The notes: a model not told the origin generated them from the sequence alone. A DNA stretch of 62,999 nucleotides, filler included, from Rhabdomonas costata (GCA_019059605.1; 40 parts of 40 records of this genome joined end to end with filler, not necessarily neighbours in it), one strand, 5' to 3'; positions 14,414-26,592 are shown, counted from the whole stretch's first letter. A program made the numbers and translations.

Positions 14414-14577
14414 GTATTGCCCGCCTCCCAAGTGGAAAGGTTGTGGGGGACGTCGAGTTTGATACGGCCAAGACCCGTGCTGGCTGGATCACCCCTGTCC
14501 CCGGAGGGGTAGGCCCAATGACTGTGGCGATGTTGATGAAGAACACCCTCCTTGCGGCTCAGGAGAGCACATCATAG
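14414..14577 (+). CDS. folD: Methylenetetrahydrofolate dehydrogenase/cyclohydrolase, last exon
   Basis: [32 protein letters not shown] signature, then TAG stop. AG acceptor at 14412-14413. Confidence 0.95.
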
Positions 14578-15015
14578 CTGTGGCGAGGCAGATTGCACCT
14601 GAAGACTTCAGATCGGTGGCTTTTGGTGGACTACAGCCTTGATGAATCCTTGTCTTACTTTGCACGTCATGTTTCAGCCTTCGCCCAAGTTTGGATGTGA
14701 ATGTCTGCGTCACTGGGGCCACATTAGGCATATGGGCAAGCGAGAAGCAGCAAGAAATTACATTTTTCAGTGCAACACTCTCTGTGAGCATTATGTTAAC
14801 GTGGCACTGAGGTACACCGCCTCGTTATTTTTCTTCACAGAACGCAGTTAGACAATAGGAATGCTGAGAGTGCAGTCTGGTCCTGTAACTGCTCTTGCAG
14901 CTCGCGTTGAATGGACTGCATCCTCCTCGGCCATCAGTACTGTGCTCATTTCCTTGAGATTTTTTTTGGCCTAAGTCTCAAAACAGTGGCTGTCTGTCAT
15001 TTTTTACTCAGAAAA

Positions 15016-15630
15016 ATGAGCACCCAAGCCTCTCGGATCCGTCTTCAGCTGACCTGCCTTGATAAGAAGGGCAAAGTTGTTCCCGTCGTTGTCGAACCCT
15101 CCCATGAGGCCATTCTAAAAGTCGCTGCGAACAAGATGATCTGTGGCAAACACGCCCCGCTCAGGATTCTGCTCAAGTGTGGGCGAGAGCTCTTCCCCTC
15201 CGAGGATCTGTCTGAAGTTCTCCGCAACGACATGGTCATCTCTGTGTCCAGTGCCCCTGCCAAGACACCCACCAAAGAGCTCGCTGGGATGCCCCCCTTT
15301 CCTTTTCCCGCTTTGCGGGAAGACCCTGAGCTTTCTGAGCTTCACGCGGATCCGGCGGTTTGCTATGACGAGAGGACCCCGAGAAAGCAGGGCTCTTCTG
15401 AGCCAGAGCCTTCTTCCGGTTCTGGTTCTGGTGAGATACTTTTGCCTGAATCAGAGTCAGCTCGAGTGCCAGCACAGGGATCGAGCGCGTCGAAGGTGTG
15501 CAGCCGTACAGTCGTAGATGGGTCCCAGAAATTTGAGTTCTGCGGGAGCTTCCCTGTGCTGGAGGGAAACGTGCTTCCGTTGCTGCGTGAGGCCATCCGG
15601 GCCTTTCCTGGCGCAGAAGACTTTGCTCAG
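15016..15630 (+). CDS. Hypothetical protein, first exon (beta-grasp/doublecortin-like N-terminal module, low-complexity linker, start of a second domain)
   Basis: 205 open codons from an ATG preceded by a pyrimidine tract and AG, ending at CAG|GTGAA. The domain assignment is by eye only. Confidence 0.6.
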
Positions 15631-17510
15631 GTGAAACCGTATGCTGTTTTGTCAAACAAGTTCGCTTTTGCAGACAAAACACANNNNNNNNNNNNNNNNN
15701 NNNNNNNNNNNNNNNNNNNNNNNNNNNTTAATTAATTAANNNNNNNNNNNNNNNNNNNNNNNNNNNNNNNNNNNNNNNNNNNNGTGGTGGGTGTGTTTGG
15801 GGTTGTTGGTGCAGTGGGTGGGCCAGATGGCCGGCTGCACCCTCCCTCCGGGCTGGACGATTGGTTTCTTTCTACTGTTTTTTGTTTCTTTTTTGTTTGG
15901 TCTGAGCGTTTTTCTCCCTGTGATGCGAGCACTCAGCCCCACCACCATTTGCCAAGTTCTGCAAAAGAGGAAAATCGCTCAATTACAAACTTCCGAAGGA
16001 GAAATGTCATGCTGATGTTGGTGCGTTCTGATTGACACAGAGTTCTTGCATTCACGCTCCCATGCTCTTCCATTTGCTCCCTATGATGAGCTGCACACCT
16101 CGTGCAACACATAGGGCTTAACGGCCGCAGCTACGCTGCGGGAGTGGTTCCCCCGGTGCCTTTTGGTAGCGAGGAGGAGACGAGCGAAGGTATCGAGGAC
16201 TTTTCCGCGGCGAACCCCCCAAGCCCAGCTTTGGCGTGGCTGTACTACAGAACGCAGCAGGTGTGCTACATTGCTGCTGCCGCTTTGAGTCCCAGGTGAC
16301 CACCATGAATCCGGTTTGTTTCAGGTGCTCCGCGATGACCTCCGCAGACAGCTATCCGCAAACCGAACCTGGATGTGAATGAGGAAGAGAGAGAGCGGGG
16401 GTTGTGACCTTCTCAAAAGGTTGCACTTAAATTTCTATTTGAAGTGCTGCACACTTCGAGCATTTTGGTTTGTAATGCTCCATTGCGCTTATTTGTCTTA
16501 TTCACGCGTGACGTGGTGCCTCTTCGGGGAAGGAGGACGAAACCCACTTTCCTCCACACCATTGTACTCCTTCTTTTGCCATATTTACATTTTCTCATTT
16601 GTCCCGCTCCCTTCGTATCACTTCATTTTTTTCTGCTAACCTTCCGCAACCCCTGCTAATTTGTTGCCTGTGGGCGCCCTGCTTTCGCAGACAGCTGATT
16701 GTGAACACCCACCTGCTTCGCTGCTGCTGCAGAACCGGTTTTCTAGGGAGAGGAGGGGAGTAGGCGTGCGCCTGTATGTGTGAGGTAGGTGCTTTCTATT
16801 TGTGCTTGCGTTGCGTTTTTGTTAGGCTGGCGACTCTGTGGTGTGCCCGCGCCCTGCCCCGCGGCACCCCCCGGGGATCTGCGGGCTCTGCAACCTGGGG
16901 AACACCTGGTGTGGCAACCTGGGGGCACACCTCCTTTCGTTGGAACTTGGGGAATGGTGGGGGCGTAGCTGCTGAATTGCTGGCCTGGAATTCTGTCACC
17001 AGGCCTCTGGGGCAGACGCTCTCTGTCTCGGTAACGGGTTGGAAGGCGGCATATGTGAAACCAAGGCACATATCCAGGCAACATATCCAGCAAAAGGGTG
17101 TGGGTGCACACACACACACACTCACACCCTTTGATTGGACTTCAGGGAGGGGGGCGGCAACCCCCTCTCCTGGGGGGCCTACCGCCTTGGCCAGGCCGGC
17201 TGCAACACACGGCTGCCCCACAGGGAATAAAACGCAACCGGCCACTGAAAAAACAAAAAAANNNNNNNNNNNNNNNNNNNNNNNNNNNNNNNNNNNNNNN
17301 NNNNNTTAATTAATTAANNNNNNNNNNNNNNNNNNNNNNNNNNNNNNNNNNNNNNNNNNNNCGGCGCACACTTCCACCCCAATGCCCGTCGTATTGTTCA
17401 GCACGCGCAGCAGCACCGTGAACGCGCCAAAAGAATCAACAGGTGTGCAGAACAAGCAGCACAAGAACACGCCACAGCACACCGCGCCAAGGCGCCGTGT
17501 GTGTGTTTGT

Positions 17511-18840
17511 GTGAATTTTTTGCACAATATACACCTCCTTCCAGTTCCGGTCGATGATCGACCGGACCACTGAAGCTGTCGATGAGGCTTGGGACTTCGT
17601 CACCCAGCGGGACTCTTGGATGAAGGATGTCGTCGCTCCCCATGAATTGACCTTCGGACCGAAGGGGTGGCCCAAGATGGGAAATGGCTACCCGCGTGCA
17701 AAAGTCGCAGAACTTCTGACCTACCTGATCGAGCAAAACTACGTCAACGTCGGCGGTCGTGTTTTGCGACCAATCAATGGGATTCCCATGGGAATGCCCG
17801 CTGCCCCGAAGATTGCCAACCTGGCATGCTACCCTGTCGAGAAGGCGCAGGCATACCGTCTCGGGTCCGGAGGCCCCTTGCTGTTTGCCCCTAAGTCGAC
17901 GATATTTACTCAGCAGGCGTGCCACTCCACTAGAAAGACGCCCCCGGCATGGAATACAAGACCGCAGCGTCGTGGAGCTCGGTTGTGTATCTCGGGTTCG
18001 CGTCTATGAGAAGGTTCGGGAGGACGGCCCCAAAGTCCTCCACACCACAATTATGGGAAGTCAGCATCCATATGGAGGACTTCAATGAATCCGTGGCTAC
18101 GGTCTTCCGGAATGCCATCTGGCAGGGGTATCCGAAGCAAATGGTCGAGAGAGTCTGGCGGCGCTTCCTCTTCCAGAGGTGGCACGCCGTCGACATACGG
18201 GTGAAGGAGCTTCGGATATGGTTCCCCAAGTTTTGGGCGTTCCTTCTCAGGACGGACGGCAAACCCGGTTCCGAGCCGACAAAGCCAGCGCCATCGTTGC
18301 AGGCCGCCGGCGGAAGCCGGTTTCTCCAGGTCTTTGGGATCCCTCGCTCCACACACTCCCAGCCAAAACCCGCAGCGAGCGCCCCAGCATCAGATTCCAG
18401 CACGCCGCCGCCGCCGCCGCAGCGGTCCCTTCATCCCAACGACCCCAACCCGAACCCCAGAGACCTGGAGAGCCACCCATGCAGGTGAATTCCATCCAGC
18501 AGCGTGCTTCTCCTTGAAGACCGGATCGACCGGGCATATACCGGGGAGTCAACAGCCGACGCTGGCGAGATGACCGAGGAGGAAGGCCCTTCCGAGCAGC
18601 TCACCCTGACTCAGGCCACGACATCGTCGAGCCAGGGTGGGCGCACCAGCCGGCGATCATACACCCCGAAGGAAGCCTGGGACCCACAGTTCCTGCAGGA
18701 GTACGAGGCCTTCAAGGCCGCTCGGGGTAACCGCCGGTTCGAGATCTGGTCGGGATGGTCCAAGGAGGAGCGCCGCTTGGTCTACCTCGCCAGCGGGCTG
18801 CGGTCTCGCCAACTGCAGCTGCGCTGGAAGGGGAAGATCA
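17511..18840 (+). mobile_element. Degenerate Penelope-like retroelement reverse transcriptase
   Basis: RT motifs in order: (N)FCTIYTSF (motif A, frameshifted), NYVNVGGRVLRPINGIPMGMPAAPKIANL (motif B), then after a frameshift CP*VDDIY (YVDD with Tyr lost to TAA at 17892-17894), VVYLG and thumb-like QGYP. Confidence 0.82.
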
Positions 18841-19211
18841 NNNNNNNNNNNNNNNNNNNNNNNNNNNNNNNNNNNNNNNNNNNNTTAATTAATTAANNNN
18901 NNNNNNNNNNNNNNNNNNNNNNNNNNNNNNNNNNNNNNNNTGTGGTGGGTGTGTGTGGTTTTGGTTCGGCCGTGTTGGCTCAATGAACTTGGGGGGTTGA
19001 CGATTACAACTTGTAAGAATCGTCCAGAGGAGTCTTGAGGGACTTGAGGTGGACTATACATTACACTGGAGCCGAAGTCGGAAATGGGAACTGAGGTGGC
19101 GAAGCGGAACGAAGAAGGCAATCCAGCAGCAGGAGGTGCAGCTCGTGCTGTCGGCGAGGTTTTCACTTCTCAATCTTCGGGTTTTTCCCCTTCTGATTCT
19201 CCACTCTGCAG

Positions 19212-20279
19212 GGGCCTCAAGGCCTTTGTAAAGTACGTGCCCAGGGACGTGGTGCAAATGATGCTGAGCGGCGAGATGGTGTCCACCAATACGATGACCC
19301 GCTGCATGGTCAGCATCCTGTTCATGTATGCGCCATTGAAAAATGGCGGGTTCTGTAATAACCATACACTTTCTTTTTGGTGGATTTCTGGAATATGCTC
19401 GCTTGATTTTACATTCGAGCTCAACGTGTGCGCACGTTATGGCAAATTTTGACTTCACTCACTCACTCTTACTCACTCTCACTCATCTTCTCACTCTCTC
19501 ATTCTCATTCTCTGCTCTCATTCTCGACAGGGACATTGCGGGCTTCAGCACTCTGTGCGAGAAGATTGCTCCTGACCGGCTGATGCAGTTGAACCAGGAC
19601 TACTTGCAGGTCATGTGCAAGATCATTCTGGACTTCAGCGGTACCCTGGACAAGGTAAGTAAAATTCTTTAAAAAAAAAACTCTCCTTTGAATCCCAAGA
19701 ATATGCTGAGCACAGCCTTCCAAGCACAGCACCTGACGTCGGGCGGGGTCCCAGTGCGTGCTCGTGACCCATGACGATTGGTGATCCGGAGGCCCGCAAT
19801 GGATAGATGGATACTGCTGGAAGAACCCCAGAACGACAAAATGACTCCACACACTACACCAGAGAGCGGATTCTCAGCGACACCACTGTGGCTGAGGGCT
19901 CTGGAGGTGAGCACCCTGGCATTCAGCGAGCGTATGCGCCACACCGGCCTGCGGACACCCAGGCCGATACGCAGGTCACCAGCTCAGAAAAGTGATCATC
20001 CCATTTGGAAGACATCAGCTGTGCATCTGCCAGCGTAACTCGAGACATCCAGGCCACCCACGCACACACTGCGCATCGGGACCGTGCGCACTTTTCGGGG
20101 CGCTACCTTCTTCCTCATTGGGCTCAGTTCATCGGGGATTGCATCATGGCGCTGTGGAATGTCCCGCGGCCCTTGGAGCGCCACGAGGAATCCGCAGTGG
20201 GGGCGGCGGTGGAGATGCAGGCCGGGCTGGTGGAGCTGAACCAGAAGTGGAGGCAGATGGGAGGAATCCCGACTATCAG
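19212..20279 (+). CDS. Class III adenylyl cyclase catalytic domain (exons 19212-19325, 19531-19654, 20128-20279)
   Basis: Spliced product: AFVKYVPRDVV..SILFM|DIAGFSTLCE..GTLDK|FIGDCIMALWNVP. Both metal-binding Asp are present and the Lys in DKFIGD is the ATP-specifying residue. Confidence 0.93.
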
Positions 20280-21190
20280 GTTTGGTTATGTGGCAAATTT
20301 ATGCTCAGTTTGGGCACATCTTAATTGCTTCTTTTATGCTAACGAGGGCATGTGGATCCACTCCATACCGCTCTGACTCCCTCTGACTTCTCCCTGTCTT
20401 GCCCGATCACCCACCACCNNNNNNNNNNNNNNNNNNNNNNNNNNNNNNNNNNNNNNNNNNNNTTAATTAATTAANNNNNNNNNNNNNNNNNNNNNNNNNN
20501 NNNNNNNNNNNNNNNNNNGGGGAGGGTTTCGCACACAGCTTCAGTCCAAGTTTTCTGCGAAGACCACGTCTCTAGGGCTGGCTCCGAAAGGATTTCATCC
20601 AGGGCTCCCTCCAGCCACCGGGCGCACAGCAGTTGCCACAGAGAGCTTGTTTGGGTTTCAGTTGAAAATAAAACTGGTTCGTTTACAGCTCTGTTTGACG
20701 GAGCACTGCGAAGTTTTCGTCCGATAGAGAAGAATTAAACCGTTCTTCGCACAACGCGGTCGTTGGCTCTTCGAATTCAACGCAAGCTGTGCAAGCTGTT
20801 GGTACTGGAATGTTCGACATTAGCAGGAAGCATTTTGAAGGGCTGTTAGTTAAATGCAAACCTGAACAAATTTCGCCAAATCTTGAGAGAATACCCGACC
20901 GTTCAAAAGCTCTTAATTCGCAACTTCAGAAGTTTAGCGGTTTCAGTGCTGTTCTTGTTTTCAATTAGACGTCGAGCCCCGCTTTCTCTTTGTTTCGGGC
21001 GGGGAGCCGTGCTTGTGCTTGTTCTTTCCTTTTTCGTCTTGTTTTCCACTGTGTTGTATACACAGCCAGGCAGGGGAAATAGAAGGCGAGCGCCCTGAAA
21101 AGATTTTCAAGGCAGGGTTTTGTTCACCACCACACCGTCAAGGAAAAGAAGTGCGTTTTTAGTAAGCCACAGAACAGGAACGAGAGCAAA

Positions 21191-21735
21191 ATGGAAGAGA
21201 ACACGTTGCGCGTTATTAATGAGCAGCTGCCTGCGAGCACCTCTGCCGCGGCCGCTGCGGCGGCATTTGCGGACTCGTCCGCACCTTCGGATTCCCTTCC
21301 GCCCTCAATCACTGCTTCCACGTCGGGTTCCTCGCCGACTCCAACCGCCACGGGAAATAAGGAGAGCAAGTTTACCTTCAACCCTAACGCTACGTCCTTC
21401 GTGCCGCGACGGACCACCCCGTCGCCGCCCACACGCCCGCCTTTTGTGGTGGTCTTGCTAGGGCCTCCAGGTTCCGGTAAGACGACTCAGGGGCAGGCAC
21501 TGTGTGCCCACTTTGGATTCGACTTCCTCTCCATCCCCGAAAAACTTCGAGGTGTATTGTGAGTCAAAACTTTCATTTCCGTTCTTCTTGTGTGTCCGAA
21601 TATGGCCATTCTGTGCTCTCTCTGTCCTTCGCAGAGCTTCGCCGCACCGATTCCATCCTTGACTCACACCTTGGCTCCCGGCATTTTTCCAGCGTCACCA
21701 ACAACCTTCTTGAGGAGTACGTGAAGCGAGTCAAG
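21191..21735 (+). CDS. Adenylate-kinase-like P-loop protein with N-terminal PAM2 motif (exons 21191-21551, 21635-21735)
   Basis: SKFTFNPNATSFVP (PAM2-like, 21365-21406) in a disordered N-terminus, then VVVLLGPPGSGKTTQGQALCAHFGFDFLS. The GT-AG intron is in phase. Confidence 0.8.
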
Positions 21736-22776
21736 GTGCCCCCCACCCCGCTATTCAATTTTGTGCAGTGGCGCTATTGATGCCATGAGTAGCGTTCGCT
21801 GTTCATGAACAGCTGTACAACCGCGAGGCCGCCGCTGCGGTGCTGGCCTTGGCGTCCAAAATAAAACCGTCTCAAGTTGGGAATGCATGATTACGTGCAT
21901 TTCCACCCTCGCAGTTCTCCCTCTATGGAGTCGTGTGTGTGTGTGTGTGTGTATGGAGGGGGGCAGACTTCTAATACACCCAACTCACCTAACACANNNN
22001 NNNNNNNNNNNNNNNNNNNNNNNNNNNNNNNNNNNNNNNNTTAATTAATTAANNNNNNNNNNNNNNNNNNNNNNNNNNNNNNNNNNNNNNNNNNNNGGTT
22101 TTGGGTATGTTTGCTCCTTTGTTGGTCGTTCTGCTGAGTGCGGATAGCGGTCCTGGTGGTGGCTTTGCTCTGCGTCTGGAATTCCGTATTTGGGTTTGCT
22201 TTTCTGGGTCCGGCATTTGGGTCGCATTTGGGTCCGCGGGTACAAGTTTGGGTCAGTCGGTGTTGGGTACTCGGGTACCCTGCCCGGCTCTGGGGATTTT
22301 CAGCGTGGGTATTCGGGTTCCAGGTTCTGGGCCCGCGGGTTGGGTAAAGAATTTGGTAAAAGAATTTATGTGCTGCCATGGGCTGTTTGGATATTTTGCA
22401 TGGGGCCGCGCCTGGTTTATCGGGTTCCAGGCTTTCATTGGGCTTGCCTGTCTGTGGTTGGGCTCAAATTGTAGCGGGCTATCATGGCTGCCACGCTGTT
22501 TGGTAGGCGCGGACGGTGAAACGTGAACGTTAAGGCGCTTGGTTTCGGGTTGCGTGTTCTGCTTTCGTTGTTCTCCGGGTTCATTCTCTACGCGTGTTGC
22601 TTCCTCTGTGTCTGGTTGTCCTTCTTGATTGGTGGTGCTGGTAGGTGAAGTTTCTTCCCTTCTTTGCGCCGTTGTTTCGGGAAGGTACAATTGGTGGTTT
22701 CGCGGTGTCCGATGGTGTGTTCAATGGTTGCAAGTTTTTTGTAAGCCCAGCTGTCATGGTTTTAATTACGGTGTTG

Positions 22777-23563
22777 TGTGCGGTTTCGAGTGTCAAACGT
22801 GATCTGTAGGTTCTTTGTTGTGCATGGTAGTACTGCGGATACCGTGGGGTCGTCTGATGATTTCTGTGGTGTTTTTGATGCTCTGGGTTGTGGTGGGGTG
22901 GACGCGTGTGGTTGGTGTCCTTCTGTGCTGTGGGTGTGGGTGGTGGTTTGGCTTCTTCGTTGTGTGCTCTCCTTCATTCGCTGCTGAACTTGTGCTATGT
23001 GTTCCTAATCTACTGCTGTTTGGTCATGCGCAGTGTGGTTGGGATGTGTCAGTGTGGTCGCATGGGTTACCGGTTTGTATTTGTGGATCATGATTTATAT
23101 GGGCTGGTGGTGTAGTTGGCTGGGTTGGAAGTTGCGTGTGGGTTGGAGTTACAGTGGGCTCATGGAATTTCGGAAGCTTGGGTTGTGTGTGTAAATTTTG
23201 ATGATGTGTGTCAGTAGGGTTGTTGCAGTTTGGTTGGTTGGTGGTTGCGCATTTAGTTTCTGTTGTAGTGTGGTACGGTGTGTGAGAGGTTTGGACAAAA
23301 TTACCTACCTATGATGCTGAGAAACCACGCTGAGGATCCGAATCTCCCAAAATCGCGTTTTCTTGTACATACGTTGAGGGTGCCGTCGTTAAACCACCAC
23401 CCACACCCACAGCACAGAAGGACACCAACCACACGCGTCCACCCCACCACAACCCAGAGCATCAAAAACACCACAGAGATCATCAGACGACCCCACGGTA
23501 TCCGCAGTACTACCATGCACAACAAAGAACCTACAGATCACGTTTGACACTCGAAACCGCACA
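22777..23563. repeat. 173-bp inverted repeat reaching the contig end
   Basis: 22777-22949 versus 23391-23563; one mismatch seen. Confidence 0.92.
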
Positions 23564-24665
23564 AAACCCCAAAANNNNNNNNNNNNNNNNNNNNNNNNNN
23601 NNNNNNNNNNNNNNNNNNTTAATTAATTAANNNNNNNNNNNNNNNNNNNNNNNNNNNNNNNNNNNNNNNNNNNNGTTTTGGTGGTTGCAGGTACGCTCTC
23701 ATTCACTGTTGGGCGATACGCACCTGCGGTTGCATGTCGTTGAGGTGTCTGTGTTTGTGATTCGGTTTGAGCAGAACCTCTGACGTGTGTGTGAGGTTAC
23801 TTTTGTCCGCTGCTGCTTCTGCGCATGACTTAAAATCCATTGTTCTCTTTGGATTTGTCTACGCAAGGGTTGGTTGCAGCAGAACTATCGCCGTGACTGC
23901 TGGAAACCCCCATTTTCTTCCGTGCCTGCGAGCGTTGGTGTTATTTTCAGAGAGTGGGGATGTCCTTCGTGCCTCTACATACTCTCAGAGCACGAGTAGC
24001 TCGTGGGGTAATCCCTTTCTCTTCCCACTCTCTTGCCCTGACAGGGCCCATATATGTCTTTCGGCATGCCTTGTCAGATGCGTTTTTGCGTGTTCTTGTG
24101 CGTTGGCGAACGAAATGAACCTCGGTGTACTCAGTGCTTCCCTCACCTCCCCCCGCCCCCGCCTGTCTTTGCTTCTTCTGGAATAGCTATGCTGTGAAGG
24201 CTTTTTTGGTTTGTATGTGCTGCTGGGGTGAGGTTTAGCTTTTGTCAGGTTGCGTCCTTTTGGGCAGTAGTGGTGGAAGGTTCTTTCCTGAAACACAAAG
24301 CTCGCGAGTAGAGCATTGTTTTTTAACAAGAAAATAAAACTGTTGCCAAAGTTGTTGTAAATTAGCATGCCCACGCGCTCATACAACGAAATAAAGCGGT
24401 GCTGTGCATTGTGAATTTCAGTTGGGGGCTGTGCTTTCGTCGGGAACAAATCTCCATTATGCGCTTGGCTTCCAGTAGCATCCCGAACAACATTGCTGCG
24501 TTGACGCATATGCCAATTGATGAAGCGCAAACTTGCCTGCCTGTTGTGCTTCTTTCGGCCGTTTCGATTGTGGACCTGATGGGAAGGGAAGCTTGTGTTT
24601 CCGTGGTCTCACACCAAGGTTTCTTCGAAGCCTTTTTTCCATTCTGCTTGTGCGACCACCCACCG

Positions 24666-25088
24666 ATGTCTTCAGAGCCCTTGGCAGTGTTCCACAGTGG
24701 GACGTACACGCGGCGACGTCCCCCCGCCATCGTCATTCCACCTCCACGACCTCTCCCCAGAGTCATCCGGCACCGCGGGGCCCCCTGTGCCCAGCAGGCC
24801 ACTGCCCCATCCGCCTCAGCACCCGCTCCCGTGCCCACCTGCAAAGACCCTCAGCGCCCGGGGAAGGTCTTCATGGGCACTCCACTGCGGGCAGTGCACC
24901 CCACGCAGCCCGAGGCCAAAGGCGTGGCTCTCAGAAGGGCACTCTCGAAGCTCCGTGGGCTTCTCCGCCGCACAGCAGTGGGCGCGCCCTTGTCCTCCAG
25001 GTGCCAGGCCGGCGGGGAGCTTGAGAAAAAGCCCAGCAAGAGCGGCGTGGCGGCGTTCCTGGCGAGGTTTCGAGGCCGTCGGGATTGA
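24666..25088 (+). CDS. Hypothetical Pro/Arg/Ala-rich protein
   Basis: GC-rich 140-codon ORF set against lower-GC upstream DNA. No recognisable domain. Confidence 0.35.
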   Translation: MSSEPLAVFHSGTYTRRRPPAIVIPPPRPLPRVIRHRGAPCAQQATAPSASAPAPVPTCKDPQRPGKVFMGTPLRAVHPTQPEAKGVALRRALSKLRGLLRRTAVGAPLSSRCQAGGELEKKPSKSGVAAFLARFRGRRD

Positions 25089-25669
25089 AGAGACAGGTTT
25101 CATTCTCAGACCGGCCACTTGGCGTTTGGGGAGATCCACTGTACTCAAACAANNNNNNNNNNNNNNNNNNNNNNNNNNNNNNNNNNNNNNNNNNNNTTAA
25201 TTAATTAANNNNNNNNNNNNNNNNNNNNNNNNNNNNNNNNNNNNNNNNNNNNGCATATCCTTGATGAGATGCCAATTTATAGCCAACAGAATCACGCCCT
25301 CTGTACTGGGAGTAAGCAGGCGTGATTCTGTTGGCTATAAATTGGCATCTCATCAAGGATATGCCGAAACCCCCTTGATTTCCTTCGGGAATGGCGTCTT
25401 CCGAATTTTCCGTAAGTCAATTCGTAATTCAGCAAGTCGCCGATTTTTCGACGAAGCATTCCCGAAACGAACAGGCTTCATTCTTCTTCTGTGAATTAGG
25501 GACAGTTGTGTGTGTCTCTCGAAGAGACGTTATCCTGTTGCGGTTGCCGAGCCCAGTCATGGCCGCTGCAGCTGCAGGTCCTGACAAAAAGCAGGACTCA
25601 GTGTAGTGTGCACCAGTGACGTATGAAACAACCAGAAATCCCACACCACAAAAGCAAAAATTCAAGTAC

Positions 25670-26592
25670 CTTCGGGGCCAGTCTTAAAGGTCACGGTGAT
25701 CTGCCGGTCCTTCAGCCACTTGCCATCCAGCTTCCTAATGGCCTGCAGAGTGAACCAAAGCGGCTACCAACGGACAAATACAAAGAGAGACATTAGAGAG
25801 GCAACGAGGAGTCAGTGAAAAGGGATTACAAAGCCGTGCGGCAAAGGAGAAAGACAACGGCTGGATCAGGGTGGGCATCGGGAAGTGCGAGCAAGAAAGA
25901 GGACCTCTGTGGCGTCCTCAATTGATTTCATGTTAACAAAGCACCAACGCTCTTGAAGTTCAATGGACTCGGGCTGGAAGTCGAGGAAGAAGTCTTCAAT
26001 CTCCCTAGAGACATGAATAAAATGGTGCAAGACCCTTTGTTGCCACTCGCCCCCAAGAAATCGGCAGTAAACCAGTCCAAACCCACAAGTAAACACAGCA
26101 AACAAACGCATCTATACCCAACGGCACGTGGTGCGCTGGCCCCGCTGAAGCCGCTGTACACAGCCCTCTACCGAGGGATCCACTGCCGGTTCCCCAAGTT
26201 GCAAGCGATTGTATGTGAGCTCCCTGCCCCCCACCCCCAGAACGTGTAGGGCGTCTAATGAACAACGCCCCCACCAGCTGGAGGGGGGGGGTCCCCAACC
26301 ACAGCGGTGGCGGTGGTGGTGGGGTTTCGCCAAGCGTAGTTGTGCCTACATTATATCTATAGTGACGTGTGTCTTCGACAGGAACAGCAAAAACGGAGCA
26401 CACTTCTTTGTGGTCCTGGGATCAAAGTTCACCACAAAGAGGGCCTTGGACGGCGGGATGGGCTCGCCCCGCGCCTCAGGAACGCCTCTGCCCTTCACAA
26501 ACTCCACCTTGAGTCTCTTGCCCTGAACCTCGACCCCATCCAGAGCCCGCACAGCATCCTCCGCCCCCGTGGACATCGTTACAAAGGCGAAC
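25670..26592 (-). CDS. Tandem-RRM RNA-binding protein, RS31/RS40-like SR splicing factor (exons 26592-26404, 26004-25905, 25742-25670)
   Basis: FAFVTM..AEDAVRALDG..RLKVEF, then SKALFVVNFDPRTTK|EIEDFF..WCFVNMKSIEDATE|AIRKLDG..ITVTF. All introns are GT-AG and in phase. Confidence 0.85.

Noticed and set aside
14414-21735. folD, RT, cyclase and kinase as a gene cluster or RT-based defence system
   Set aside because: They lie on different unlinked contigs, the genes have introns, and the RT is a decayed Penelope-like element.
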